A stretch of DNA of 64,000 nt from assembly GCA_047967505.1 (NCBI GenBank), contig CM106538.1; one strand, written 5' to 3'. Numbering within the stretch: position 1 is the stretch's first letter; each line of letters begins with the position of its first letter. The stretch comes from Dipteris shenzhenensis. Lineage: Eukaryota. The notes below the pieces were generated by a model. That model saw only the letters and a list, made by a program, of their open reading frames with translations, was not told the DNA's origin and did not search any database. Position numbers and translations under genes: made by a program. Positions 37,469-49,700 of this stretch are shown one piece after another.

Positions 37469-38669
37469 ACCGCCAAGACTAACTGCAAGCTTCCGATGAG
37501 GAGTATGAACAGGCTGCCACCCCAAAAAGGGGGGGGGACGAAGCGGGAGGTGGAGCCTGGGGGTGAGGCGGGTGAGGCGAGGTGAGGGGGCGGGGGGGTC
37601 GGAACGGAGGGCGGGGTGAAGGGAGCGGGGTGCGGGGAAAAAACGGGGGGGCGCGGGAGGGCGGGGGGGGGTGGCGGGGGCGGAGAGCGGAATGGAGGCG
37701 GGGGGCGGGGAGAGCGGAATGGAGGCGGGGGGGCGGGTGAAGTGAGAGGGGTCGGCGGGTGGGTGAGAGCGGGGGAGGGAGGGGGTGAGGCGAAGCGAGG
37801 GGGGGGTGGGGTGAAGCGAGGTGGGGCGGAGGGGGCGGAGTGGATGAGAGCGGAGGGGGGGTGAGAGAGCGGCTGAGACCAGGGGAAGGGGGGAGTGGAG
37901 GCGTGAGGAGGAAGTGGCGAGGGTGAGGTGAGAAGGAGCGAGGGGGAAGGGGGGAGTGGAGGCGGCGGGGGTGAGGGGAAATGGAGCGACGGGGCGGGGC
38001 GGGAGAGAAGTGAGGGGGGCGGGATGGAGCGGAGCGGAGGGCGAGAGAGAGCAGCGAGGGGGGGGGGCGAGAGCGAGGCGAGGGCGCAGCGGGGTGGGGT
38101 GACCGGCGGGTGAGGGGGAGGGGGGGCGGGGGGCGAGGGCGGAGGGGGAGGGAAGGGAGTGGAGGTGGTCGCGGCGGGGGGAGGAGCTAGGGGGAGGTAG
38201 AGCGAGCTGCGGTAGGGAGGGGAAGCTCACAGGAGCTCTTATGGTGAGTTTTGCTTGGGGTTCTTCCATTTGGACAAATCTTGGTTCGCCGACATATTGC
38301 TCGTGCCACTTGTCGTTGATGTCTGCCCTTGTAGGATTCTATGCCTCACCTATTTTGGCATTGCCCTGAATCTTGTCACTTTTTGTTTTTGCTACAACAA
38401 CGCCTTCAGGCCCGTTTTCCTAGTGCTTGCTTTGGCAAGCTATTCTAGCTGTTTGGTGTTTACCCTATCAAGCAACAATACAATCTTTTGGTTCGTTATT
38501 GGGCACTATGGACATTATGGAAGGACCGCAACCATAGGGTCTTTGGTGATCTGTCCCTGGCTAAGTATCACTTCTTCCAAGCATCTATACAGCAGTCCTT
38601 CTTCGACTTTCTGCATGCACGGGATCTTTATTATCCTGCTTTCTTGTCATATAATGAGATCTTCTAGGT

Positions 38670-39371
38670 TGTAGTTGTGTCACGTGCACCAAGTAAAGCC
38701 CAAGTTGCAGTGACAACTGATTGCCTTGTCAGCAACACCCTATGCACCCTATTTGCAAGGTTTTGGGGGCCCCAAAGGGCAGCACCAAGTATAACGAAAT
38801 GGGATGGGGAAAGCGACTTTTATAGGCAGCCTTAGCCCCTCCCAAGTCAGCCCATAGGGCTGCTAAAACCAGCCCTACCAGCCAGGCAACCAGCCGACTG
38901 GCTGGTTGGCCTGTTTGGGGTGGTCAAGTCAAGCCCTACAGCCCCCTATACAAGAGGGCTCGTGCCCTCTGTTTCCTCATTCAGTTCCCAGCCTCCATTG
39001 TGTCCTGTTTCAGCAGCATAACTCTATCTCCCACAGTCGCAATTAGGGAAGTTATTTCACGTCAGCTTGTTAGCTGATTTGGCACTCTTGTACAATTAGT
39101 AGTTTGGGCATTTATGCCAGCATCATCAATAAAGCAATGTATATCTAGACGAATCCAGGAACATGCCCAAACTCATCCTCTTAAAACACAACACAGTGCA
39201 GTTTCAATCTCATGATAGTCACTCAAAAGGTTGAAAACCATAAACTTCATCATGAATAAAGCAGTATACAATAGTAAGGAAGATCTTTGGTGTCTCTCAT
39301 GCTTGAGTTCTCCTTTTATGTTCCTATATTCATGCATAGCATGTCCCCACTTATTACATTGGTATTAGAGC
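38670..39371 (+). repeat. Probable LTR (38670-39358) followed by iMet-like PBS
   Basis: tgta…taca termini; tggtattagagc at 39360-39371 (1 mismatch). The 5' boundary is uncertain. Confidence 0.5.
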
Positions 39372-39599
39372 AGCATGGCTCCTTCTGATCAGAATTGGGT
39401 TGGAGGGAGTCTTGGCAACAAAGCTCAATAATGGGGATTCAGTAAATAGAGAAGAGAGCATGGTGGGGATACTATGTAATTTTGTATTTTGTGCATAACA
39501 CAGACTAGTGGTAGTACCATACTCCATTAGCCTCTCCCTCCCTCCATCGTGCATCGATCCGGCTCCAGTCTTCCTCGAATGAGCACCTTCTTTTGATTT

Positions 39600-41091
39600 G
39601 AGAAGTCACCCTCCTTCTTACCTTGAAAGACCATCGTGGGGATGGTGTTCAAAGCAGGGAAGACGGCATGCATAGCTGAGGATGGAGGCAGGGTTAGAAG
39701 AGCCAATACATTGACGGACGAAGTAGGCGCTTTCGCAGCCTTTTTCGCAAACCACTTTGGACAATCCTTCTTGCCATGCCCAACAATGTGGTAGCAAAGA
39801 AAGCAACGATGTTCTAGGTGGCACCACTTCTATTCATCGGGATGTAGATAGCCTCCTGCAATACCCGCTTTAGCCTTCTCATCCGGAGTCATCTTTGGCT
39901 TGGACTCCTTTTGACCATAAGCATGGCCGTCTTTCTTTTGGTACTGGTTGTCCTTCTTCTTATCCTTACCCGCTCTGTTTTTTGACTGTTGAGGGGCTTT
40001 GGAATCCTTCTGGACCTGCTTGGGCTTTCCCCCATTCAGCATCATCTCTTGATTCTGGGAGTCAACACCCGCTCATAATCCAACGGGTCGAAGTTCCAGA
40101 TGGTAAACGGATGTTAGGGTCCAATCCTCGAATGAATTGCTTCATCTTGTCGCTCTCAGACACGACTAACTGCTACGCCAAAGTGATAACCTTGTTACTA
40201 TACATCAACACAAGCAAACCATTTTGGGAGGAACGAGAAAACTCATCCTTCACATTAAGCATATATTGTGGCGGTAGAAAACGAGCTTTGAGGTCGGTAA
40301 CAAACGTTGCCCAAACAAAATTCATCTTAAAAGTTATTGGGTTCGTATACTTACTAGCCCAATGTTACCACCAGGTAACCGCCTCACCGATAAGATGAGG
40401 GGCTGCTAGGTGGACTTTGTCTTGCTCATCTTGAATCTGTGCTAACGAAAAATGAGCGACAAACTAATGAATAAATTGAAGAATAACTGAATGGCCACCA
40501 TTACCATCGTGCTTAACAAAATTTGTAGTGGACCGGGTGAGTGGTGTTACCTTTGTCGATGACAAAGCCGTGGCAGTGATTGTTGCTGCACTGAGACTTG
40601 CCTGCATAGTGGTCAACATCTGTTTGTGTTGGAGAAGCATCGCCTCTCGGTCTAGGTTTTGTTGCCTCTCTGTCTAGGCGAGCTCTACGCATCGCAATAA
40701 CTCCTCATTCCTACGTTCATCACACATCACTAAGAGCAATGTTTCAAAATCTGTGGTTCCTCTTTCTTTCAACGGCTTTTTTGCTTCTTTTTCCTCCAGA
40801 CGTTATTTTGTCTGGTCCAATTGTCTTCCTTTCTTCTAGCTGGGACGAATGTTCTTTGAGTTGTTGTAGGAGGACCCGATTCTGCTCCAAAAGGTTCACC
40901 ATCACTTCTTGAGCACTTGGCGGAAGCGTATCTTTTTTGTAGTCTTTCTCCTCTTCATAGTCTTCAATGATGAATTTTTTTCCGGACCCTTCCATGGCAC
41001 TTGATTGTGTGTCCTTCCCGGAACTCAACACAACCATACACTCACAGTAGTCAAGCTGAATATAGACCAAAGCTCTGATACCAATGTAACA
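39600..41091 (-). mobile_element. Ty3/gypsy 5' fragment (PBS, degenerate gag); only ~7 bp of LTR left
   Basis: gctctgatacca at 41072-41083 then tgtaaca. KVHLAAPHLIGEAVTWW…WATFVTDLKARFLP and FIRGLDPNI gag motifs. Confidence 0.7.
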
Positions 41092-41267
41092 TGTAGCAGT
41101 AAACTCTTTGCTATCAAATGCATCTTTATGGCACAAAGGCTCTTCATTGCAAGCTGTAGCAAGGAGTGCGAACTCAAGAAAGTGACCATGCATCTATCTA
41201 TTCCCCGATCTTGTCCGGGCAGCAAGAGGTTGATCCTGTTTGCTGTCCCTCAATGTGTCAAGAAGCC

Positions 41268-41370
41268 ATCTGGGAACTTGCCTTTGCTGTCTATTGGCAG
41301 CTCTTTCTTATATGTATACATATAATATAAGAAAGAGCTGCCAATAGACAGCAAAGGCAAGTTCCCAGAT
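41268..41370. repeat. Perfect inverted repeat, 46-bp arms, 11-nt loop
   Basis: 41268-41313 is the exact reverse complement of 41325-41370. Confidence 0.97.
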
Positions 41371-42929
41371 ATATATTGCTTGTGCTGTATATGTATATAT
41401 ACATTCCCTCTCTCTCTCATATTGGGATCATTTTGTGCTGGAAGAGGAACCTGCAAATCAGCATGGGGTGCTGGCTGATCATTGCTTGTTGGAGGGCCTG
41501 CAGGATGCTCATGTTGTTGGTCAAAGTCCCCTCCTAAGGGGAGAAGAGGTAACCAAGAGTCAAAGGCATCAAACATATCAACTTCTAGCTTTGCTTTGCA
41601 GTCCACAAGAGGAGAAGCTGAATGTTCAGCAAATATTACATCTCTACTAACAATAATCTTCCCAGTATTTGGTTGGTCAACCGATACCCTTTGCTCTCAT
41701 GGCTGTAAACAATAAATATGCATTTGATTGCCTTATCATCAAGCTTATGTCTCAATTGAGATGGTACACGTGCATATGCAAGAGACCCAAAAACTCTCAT
41801 GTGTGAAAGTGAAGGCTTCCTGCCTTTCCATGCTTCATAAGGTGTAACAGTCCTCAATGCCCTTGTAGGTGATCTATTCAGCACATAGTTGGCATAGATC
41901 ACTGCATCAAGCCAAAATTTATTGGGCAAAGACTTGGCCGTAAGCATGCATCTGGCCATCTCCATAGTGGCCCTGTTCTTTCTTTCAGGAACAGGATTAT
42001 GCTGAGGAGTGTGAGGAGTAGTGCATGAGTGAGCAATGCCCCGTGAAGACAAAAATGCATCAAACTCCTTTGACATATACTCTCCCCCCCTATCTGTGTT
42101 GAGGGTGACAAGCTTGCATCCTAATTCATTCTCAACCATATTCAGCCACCTCTGAAAGCATGAGAAGACTTCAGATTTGGCTTTGAAAGTATATACCCAG
42201 CAATATCTTGTGAAGTCATCAATTAGAGTCATGAAATATTTGTACCCACCAATGGCATTTGTCCTCATTGGGCCACAGACATCACTGTGCACTAGCTGCA
42301 ATGTCCTTTGTGACGAAAAGGAAACCAATGCATCTTACCCAAAAGACAACCCTCACACACATGTTTGGAAACTGTGTGAGTTTGAGGTACATCATTTGCC
42401 ATGCCCTGTGCATGTAGCTTGGCAGGAGCTCTATAATTTAGATGACCCATTCTCTCATGCCAAGATGAGTTTCAGCAAGCTGTGAATCTGAAATAACAAA
42501 TGCTTCAATAGAAAGTGCAGCTGAGTGATAATCAACGTGATAAAGTCCCTTTTTCAAAGTGCCAATGAGAACTATGGCATTGGCATCACGAAGATCATAT
42601 ACTAAGCATCTGTATCCATCAAAAATCACTCTCAAACCTGAAGTGGCAATTACTGAAATTGTAATCAAGTTGACCTCAATTCTAGGCACAAAAAAAACAT
42701 TTGTCAAAGTGATAGGATGGCTTGAAATGGATGTGAGCTGCACATCTCCAATTCCTTTTATAGCATAGGAAGCATTATTAGCACATGTGATAGTCCCCCC
42801 TCGAGGTGCATTAGCCAAGGAATGAAACAAATGTCTGCAAGAGGTTACGTGCTTGGAAGCACCACTATCAAAATACCAAGACTGAGCATCATTAGCAGAA
42901 AATACTGCATCAACTTTGGAGGGATCAAA

Positions 42930-43301
42930 AGAAAGAAAGAAAGTTTATTAAAGTCTTCGGGAGACCGTGAAGGTCTATGAGACTAAAGATAACTCATACA
43001 ATGAGCATAACGGTGGTGGTCTCAAAACGGGCCAATCAACCGTTTCTACAAAAAAAAGAGGTTATGAAGGACTATGTGTCTAGTCTTGATACAAAAAAGA
43101 TGTGTCTACCTCCAGATGATACAAAGAAGAAGAAGGGGGGGGCACAAAAAAGTGGGGCAGAGGGGGGAGATACAGTATACATGTACAGGTGGTGATCGTC
43201 AGAGACCAATCATAGAGGGGCCATCAAATGGGAAGTCGGAAAAAACCCTGCGATAGATGATTGGCCTCTGACGTCACGCGGCCTAGTCGAGCTCGGTCGT
43301 C
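42930..43301 (-). mobile_element. ~370-bp insertion ending AATAAA-(TTTC)n inside the copia gag/protease junction
   Basis: Removing it restores WAVHCS|FDPSKVDAV…WYFDSG. Confidence 0.7.
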
Positions 43302-45103
43302 AGGAGCAATGGACAGCCCATGCCCAATCATCCTGGGGAGCATGTGCATGTGAGGCATCTGCTAGCTCATGGGATTCAATTGCATGTGAGGCATTTACTG
43401 TGAATCCTGCTTTCTTCTTCTCCGTAGCAATGCGCCTCCTGCATTCTGAAATTTCATGCCCTGGCTTGCGACAGTAGTTGCATCTTTTCTTCTTTGACTT
43501 ATCTGCTGTATTTTGAGATACATTGGAGGAATTGCCACTGTTAGGCGCATATTTAGGCTTGCCCATAGGCTTGGAAGCCTTGCCTTTTTCTTTTTGTTGT
43601 GAAGCAAATGCATGATCAAGAATAGTAGCTTGCCTAGTAGCACGACTTTGCTCTTCCTGCAAAAGCTAAGTGACGAACTGAGCAAATGAGTAGTGATCAG
43701 GATTTCCATTGGCTACAAGTCTAAGTGTTGTAGCAAACCCTTGATATGTGTCTGGCAGTCCATTCAATGTGGTGCTAACAAGCTGTGAATTAGGCACCAC
43801 TTCATCAATATTTGCAAGTTGCTCCATGAGGTCCTTGACCTTTGTTAAATATGTATCCATTGAGTCACTTTCCCGCATGCTGAGTTCCTGCAATTGTCTT
43901 CTCAAATATGCAACCCGTGCCTCATTGCCAACCTGATAAAGAGAAGCTAGCTTATCCCAAGCATCCTTTTCTGTCCTGCATGATCGGATGTGTGGAATAA
44001 TGATTCTCTTGCATGATAAGGCAATACATGAGTGTGCATTTGCATCTCTGAAGTCCCATCTGATCTGATCCTGAGTAGGAGTAGTGACAGGAGTACTTTT
44101 GGAAGAAGAGTCAGGAAGATTCCCCCCTAGAGGAGTGCCAGCAGTAGGGGCAGCCACTTGAGCATTGGCTGGTCTCAAATCAATACCTGAAATAATATTC
44201 CAAAAGTTTCTTGCAACTTGGATATGCTTCATAAGGTAGGACCACATAGGATAGTTGGTGCCATCCAACTTATCATCTTCACGCAGAATGTCAAACAAAT
44301 CATTGTTGTTGCCAGCCATTGTAAAAAGCACAAGAAAAAGTGCACTAACCAAGTGATGCAAAAATAGCCTCAAGGCTTTCAACTGCAAATGTGACCAAAT
44401 GAGATCACTGCAAATAGAAGCTAAGGCAAAAAACCCCACAATCTCAAAGGGCAAAATGGCCAAAAAGAGGGCAAATGTGGAAAAGCCCCAAATTAAGTTG
44501 CAACTTTGCAAATGTGACCAAATGTCCTACAATTTCTTGTCAATTTCACTAAAAACCGCCAATTTCAGATCAAAGCAGGTAAATGTCACTGCTATTTGAG
44601 CAAATGTGGCAAAATAACCTGCAAATCTGAGAATATCCTGCAATCTGACTGCAATGTCTTGCAAAAATGCCAAAATAGACCAATCTGACTGCTAGAGATA
44701 GCAAATGTCAGATTTTCTCACTCAAATTGAGGAAAAAAGTACCTGCAAATCTGCCAAAGGCCTTGTCCTTTGCAAGATTGAAGCTCAATGTAAAAAGGCC
44801 CAATTTCTAAAGGGCAAATTGCAGCAAAAGAGGGCAAATTGAGGAAAAGGCTCCCAAAATTGCTGCAAATTGGCAATAGGACGTCAAAGCACTCAAAAGC
44901 CCCAAATTTGGAATAAAATTGAGCCAACAAAGGGAAAATACTGCAAAAGCCCCAAATTTTGACAATTCCTCCTGTGTTGATTGCAAAGCCCCAAATTTGA
45001 CACTGTTGCTATGCTGATTGCATAGTATGACGATTTGCAAGCAAGGATAACACTTACACGACACGTTTCATGTAGAAATCGTCAACACACTGTTGTATGG
45101 TGA

Positions 45104-45165
45104 CTTGCACAGAGATGGTGTCGATGCTTGCACAGAGATGGCGTCGATGCTTGCACAGACATGGT
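45104..45165. repeat. 23-bp tandem repeat x ~2.7
   Basis: cttgcacagagatgg(t/c)gtcgatg units. Confidence 0.9.
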
Positions 45166-45499
45166 TGAAACTCATGCTAGGTGGCAACAAAAGCATCGAT
45201 GAGCAGTTCCTTTGTGCGTGGCACTAGGCAACGTGAACGCAGATCTGTACCTTGGCAACAAATATGTACGGGCAAGAGTGAACGTGTTGTACGGCGCCTA
45301 TTATAAGGAGTGTACCCCATAATCGTGTGTATGGATGACCAACGATGAGCCACGAATCTGTATGACACATTCACACAGGGATGCATATTTGCAACAGATT
45401 TGTACGCAGTGTACGAGCTGCCGTGTTGTATGCAGGGTTGCTTGATGGTGCTGGTATGGTCATCTCTTTCCAATAGTGGTTAGCCGATATGCTTTGGGA

Positions 45500-46476
45500 T
45501 AGCACTATAGGCCCTGATGGCACTATTATCAAAGATTCATTTCAGCCAATACCTTGTCTTGAGATTGTTGATCGCCTCAAAGGGCAAGTTCTTTTGGGAG
45601 TGTTTCCATCTGGACAGCTATTGGCTCATCGACACATTGCTCTTGCACTTTGCCACAGATATTCTACTTCTTCGGAGACTGTGCCTCACTTGTTTTGGCA
45701 TTGTCCGTGCTCTCGTGAGTTTTTTGATTTGCTTCGACAACGCTTGCGAGCAAGATTCCCATCTGTTCCGTTTGGAAAGTTCTTCTGGCTATTTGGGTTT
45801 CATCCATCCAAACCGGAGTTTCATCTTTTCTTCGTTTGGGTTCGCTACTGGGCACTATGGACTTTATGGACATATAGGAATTGTAAATTCTTTGGTGATC
45901 CTACTTTCTCTCTGTTTGGCTTTTTCAGGCGTTCTCTGCAACAATCTTTCTTTGATTGCTTGCAGACCCGCTGCATAGATCATGAGGTCTTTTTGGCATA
46001 TACTGAAATTTTCAGTTGATGTAATTGTAGCACCTTGTTTTGAGGTTGATACTCATGTAATATAATCAATCAAAGATTTCACCACAAAAAAAGTGTGTAT
46101 ATTCCACAGTATCTTCTTGTCATATAATGAGATTTTCTCATGACATAATATTGGACTCCTCATTCTGGGAACTCCATTTGTTAATATAGAATATCAATAA
46201 TTTCACTATAAAAAAGTGTGTGTGTACATATTCCGTTCCTCACTGCATCGCTCCCTTCAGGACGTGCATTTCATGGGAGATCTTCTTGCGGCCCAGCTAG
46301 AATTGTTCTTCCACTGTTTTTAGCTTTCTTGTACTAGCTGTTCTTTACTGGAGCAGCTATTGTATGTTTCCTTTTCAGTTTGTTTTCTTACAGCATATGA
46401 GTAGTAGCTGCCTCACTTTGAGACAGCTATGAATGTACATTCTTTTTAATGCAAGGTTATTTTACCCCCAAAAAAA
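45500..46476 (+). mobile_element. Stack of three LINE family A 3' ends, each with poly(A) followed by (GT)n
   Basis: ORF 45489..46019 has ETVPHLFWHCPCS. Tails at 46086-92, 46210-15 and 46470-76. 46231 onward encodes FRSSLHRSLQD…LFFHCF*, matching the end of the 2104-3905 copy. Confidence 0.85.
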
Positions 46477-46738
46477 TGTGTGTGTGTGTGTGTGCGCGCA
46501 TGTGTGTACATATTCTTTTCGGTTGGAAACAGATCAATTCCTTGCCCTCCCCTATCTCGAGAAATCGCAGAAGCTTCTTGTCCTAACAAGAGAGAATGAA
46601 TTACTACAACAAGCCGCGTCACAAAGACTATGTACAGAGAGTGGAAGCACAAGCTGCCCTTGTATCATCCACATCAATCTGTCTTTATGCTCTTGACATC
46701 GTATTTCTTCTGTTTTCGCTAAAGAACCATCATGAGGT

Positions 46739-49700
46739 TGTGAGGGAAAGAGAGGAGGTGGAATGTTAGGAGAGGGAGACACAAGAAGTGTGGGTGTGTA
46801 AAAAAAGTGTTGAGCCACACCACAAACTCAAAGGTTTTATCAGGATTAGGGATTCCCCCTATGACTGTCTTAAGACAGTCATAGGGGTCATAACTTTTAA
46901 AGGGTGGCAATGTGCCTTTACCCCAACAACCTCCCACCTAAAGGCCAATGTGCCTAAAGGGGAGAAAAGAATAAAATTACAGCAATATACAGTTACTGTA
47001 TACAAGACTATAAAATAAGAATGGTCTCATCCTAATCCCATGATGTGGCGACAATGTGTAAACCGCTCTGTAGGCAAGCTCTTAGTGAGCAAATCTGCAG
47101 GATTATCATCAGTATGCACCGTCACAAGCTCAAGCCGCTTGTCTTCCAGTACCTCCCTGATGAAATGGTATTTCACATCTATGTGCTTGGTCTTCTGATG
47201 AAAGACCGGATTCTTTGCCAACATGATAGCACTCTGACTATCACAATGCAAAACTGGCATATCTCCTGTAATGCCCAAATCTCCCACCAGCCGAGTAAGC
47301 CATATTGCTTCCTTGCAAGCCTCAGTGGCTGCAACATATTCAGCTTCAGTGGTTGACAGTGCAATGCATTTCTGCAACCGAGACACCCATGATATAGCAC
47401 CTCCTGCAAATGTGAAAATATAACCAGTAGTAGACTTCCGGTTATCTGCATTCCCTGCATAGTCTGAATCTGTAAAACCATGCACCAATGCATCCTGCCT
47501 ACCATAGCATATGCACAAGTCTTTGGTACCCTTGAGATACCTCAAGACGCCTTTCACTGCTTCCCAGTGCCGCTTGCCTGGATTTGCCATATACCTGCTA
47601 ATGACTCCCACCGCAAAAGCAATATGCGGACGAGTGGCAACCATGGCATACATCAAAGAACCAACTGCAGATGCATACGGAACCTTGGCCATCTCAACCT
47701 TGTCATCATCTGATCTGGGGCTGTCCTTACTACTGAGTTTTAAATGAGGAGGCAACGGGGTACTAATAGACTTCCCTCCCTCCATTTTAAACCTCTGCAG
47801 TACTTTGTCAATGTACCTTCTGTGACAGAAACAAAAGTCCCTTGGACCTGTCACGAATAATCCGCATACCAAGAATATGGTTTGCATCACCCAAGTCTTT
47901 CATGTCAAAAGACTTATGCAGTTGCTTCTTCAAAGCACTAATCTCCTGCTGAGATTTGCTGGCAATCAGCATGTCATCCACATATAGAATGAGTAGCATC
48001 AAACTGCCATCCTTTGCCCGTTTGGTGTACAAGCAGTGATCGGTCTCACACCTATGATACCCTTGGGACTGCATGAAGGCATCAAACTTCTTGTACCATT
48101 CTCTTGGCGCCTGCTTGAGTCCATACAAGCTCCTCTTGAGCTTACACACAAGCTGCTCTTTCCCTTCAACAGCATATCCCTCTGGCTGACTCATGTAGAT
48201 CTCATCATGGAGATCTCCGTGAAGAAAAGCAGTCTTCACATCCATCTGACATAAATCCATGTCCTCATGAGCAACAAGAGCTAACACTGCTCTCAAAGTA
48301 GTCATCTTGACTACAGGGGAAAAGATCTCATCAAAGTCAATGCCCTTCTCCTGCTTAAATCCCTTGGCAGCCAATCTGGCCTTATACCTCGGTAAAGCAT
48401 TTGAATCCACTTTGACTTTGTAAACCCACTTGCATGGCAAAACTTTTCTGCCTGCAGGTAACTGCACCAAGTCCCATGTATCATTTTGAAGTAGGGAGTC
48501 CATTTCTGACTGCATGGCTTTCTCCCACTTCCTTTTCTCTGTTCTTCCCATAGCTTCCTTGAAGCTGGAAGGCTCACCACAATCTGTCAGCATGATAAAA
48601 TCAGCCACATTATTGGCTCCTGGAACAAACCTGTCAGGAGGGCGTTGTACACGGGTGCTCCTCCTAACAAAATGCTCCGTATTAGGCTGCTGTCTAGCCT
48701 GTTCGTCATGCATGACGGGTGGCTGTACCACCATATTTGGCTGTCCTACAGCGCCATTTGCTGGCATATCCAGTGGTGCATCATTGGCAAAATTGTCTGG
48801 CTGATTTTCAGCCTGTATACCCTCTTGAACAGGGTTATCTACAGCAGCCTGCTGCTGCATATTAATGGGCATTCTTTGCTGTCCGACATCATCATAGACA
48901 ACCCTCCTGTATTCCGCAGGTTGCACGGGTTCTCTGTGTACACAATCCTCTTTAAAGATGACGTCATTGCTGCGTATAATCTTCCGTTTGACAGGATCCC
49001 ATAACCTGTACCCCATTTCACCTTCGTCACCGTAACCCATGAAGATGCATCTGAAAGACTTTGGCTCCAATTTGGTGCGCAGTTCTTTGCGTACATGAGC
49101 AAAGCACTCGCAGCCAAGAATCCAAGAGCCAGGTGTGCATGTCATGGCCATCAACAACCAATGTATGTGCAATTACAGCAGAAGAACATAATACCTCATG
49201 TCTGTCACTGTCACTGTCCTCTGCTGCAACATTCACTGCATCCAAGTCATCTGCCTTGGCCTTGCCTTTGCCTTTGCTTCCACTGCCTGCATCCTTTGTC
49301 TCAGCCTTCTTGGCTTTCTGATCCCGTATAAACTTGAAGCACTTAGACTTCACATGTCCCTTCTTGCCACAGTAAAAGCATTCAATATCCTTTTTGCCAC
49401 GGGAATGACTGCGGGATTTGGACTTGCCAGCAGATCTCCCCTTCTGCTGAGTCCTATACATGCAAAGCATTGGAAGACTTGCTGCCCATATTATTCTTCT
49501 TGCTCATCTCCTCCATAAGGAGAGAGCTCTCCACATCAGCATACATAAGAGTGACATTTGAATTTGACACGGTGGTCTTGAAAGTGTCCCAACTCTCAGG
49601 GAGGGTACACAACAAGAAAGTAGCCTTGAACTCCTCATCAAGGTTCAATCCCTGTGCGATAAGCTGTGTAAAGATGGCATTGAACTCACTCAAGTGTGAG

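Larger units (their letters stand above)
30900..38236 (-). mobile_element. Full-length (~7.3 kb) L1-clade LINE, family B
   Basis: 16-bp TSD tcttatggtgagtttt at 30884-30899 and 38237-38252; A-tail; C-rich 5' UTR; ORF1 and ORF2; GC-rich relative to flanks. Confidence 0.96.
30640..38665 (+). mobile_element. Old LINE family A fragment (30640-30883 plus 38253-38665) split by the full-length LINE
   Basis: Rejoined flanks read LQQIWARKSP…QIFLW…LGVLPFGQIL…MPHLFWHC, homologous to the zf-RVT region of 2079..3614 and 45489..46019. Confidence 0.7.
41092..45060 (-). mobile_element. Truncated Ty1/copia (gag, CCHC, protease, integrase; RT/RH missing)
   Basis: KLDGTNYPMWS, CNYCRKPGHEISEC, WYFDSGASKH, LVHSDVCGP…TDRGGEY…ERKNR, VFGSLAY. 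The upstream boundary is approximate. Confidence 0.9.

Noticed and set aside
37469-38269. Pro-rich N-terminal half of the 478-aa ORF 36833..38269
   Set aside because: Artefact of the C-rich LINE 5' UTR; its ATG lies outside the TSD-defined element. ORF1 more plausibly starts at 37468.
45104-45165. Short direct repeats as a CRISPR array (also 21420-21500, 4746-4790, 63700-63880)
   Set aside because: No unique spacers, only 2-3 units, no cas genes, eukaryotic context.
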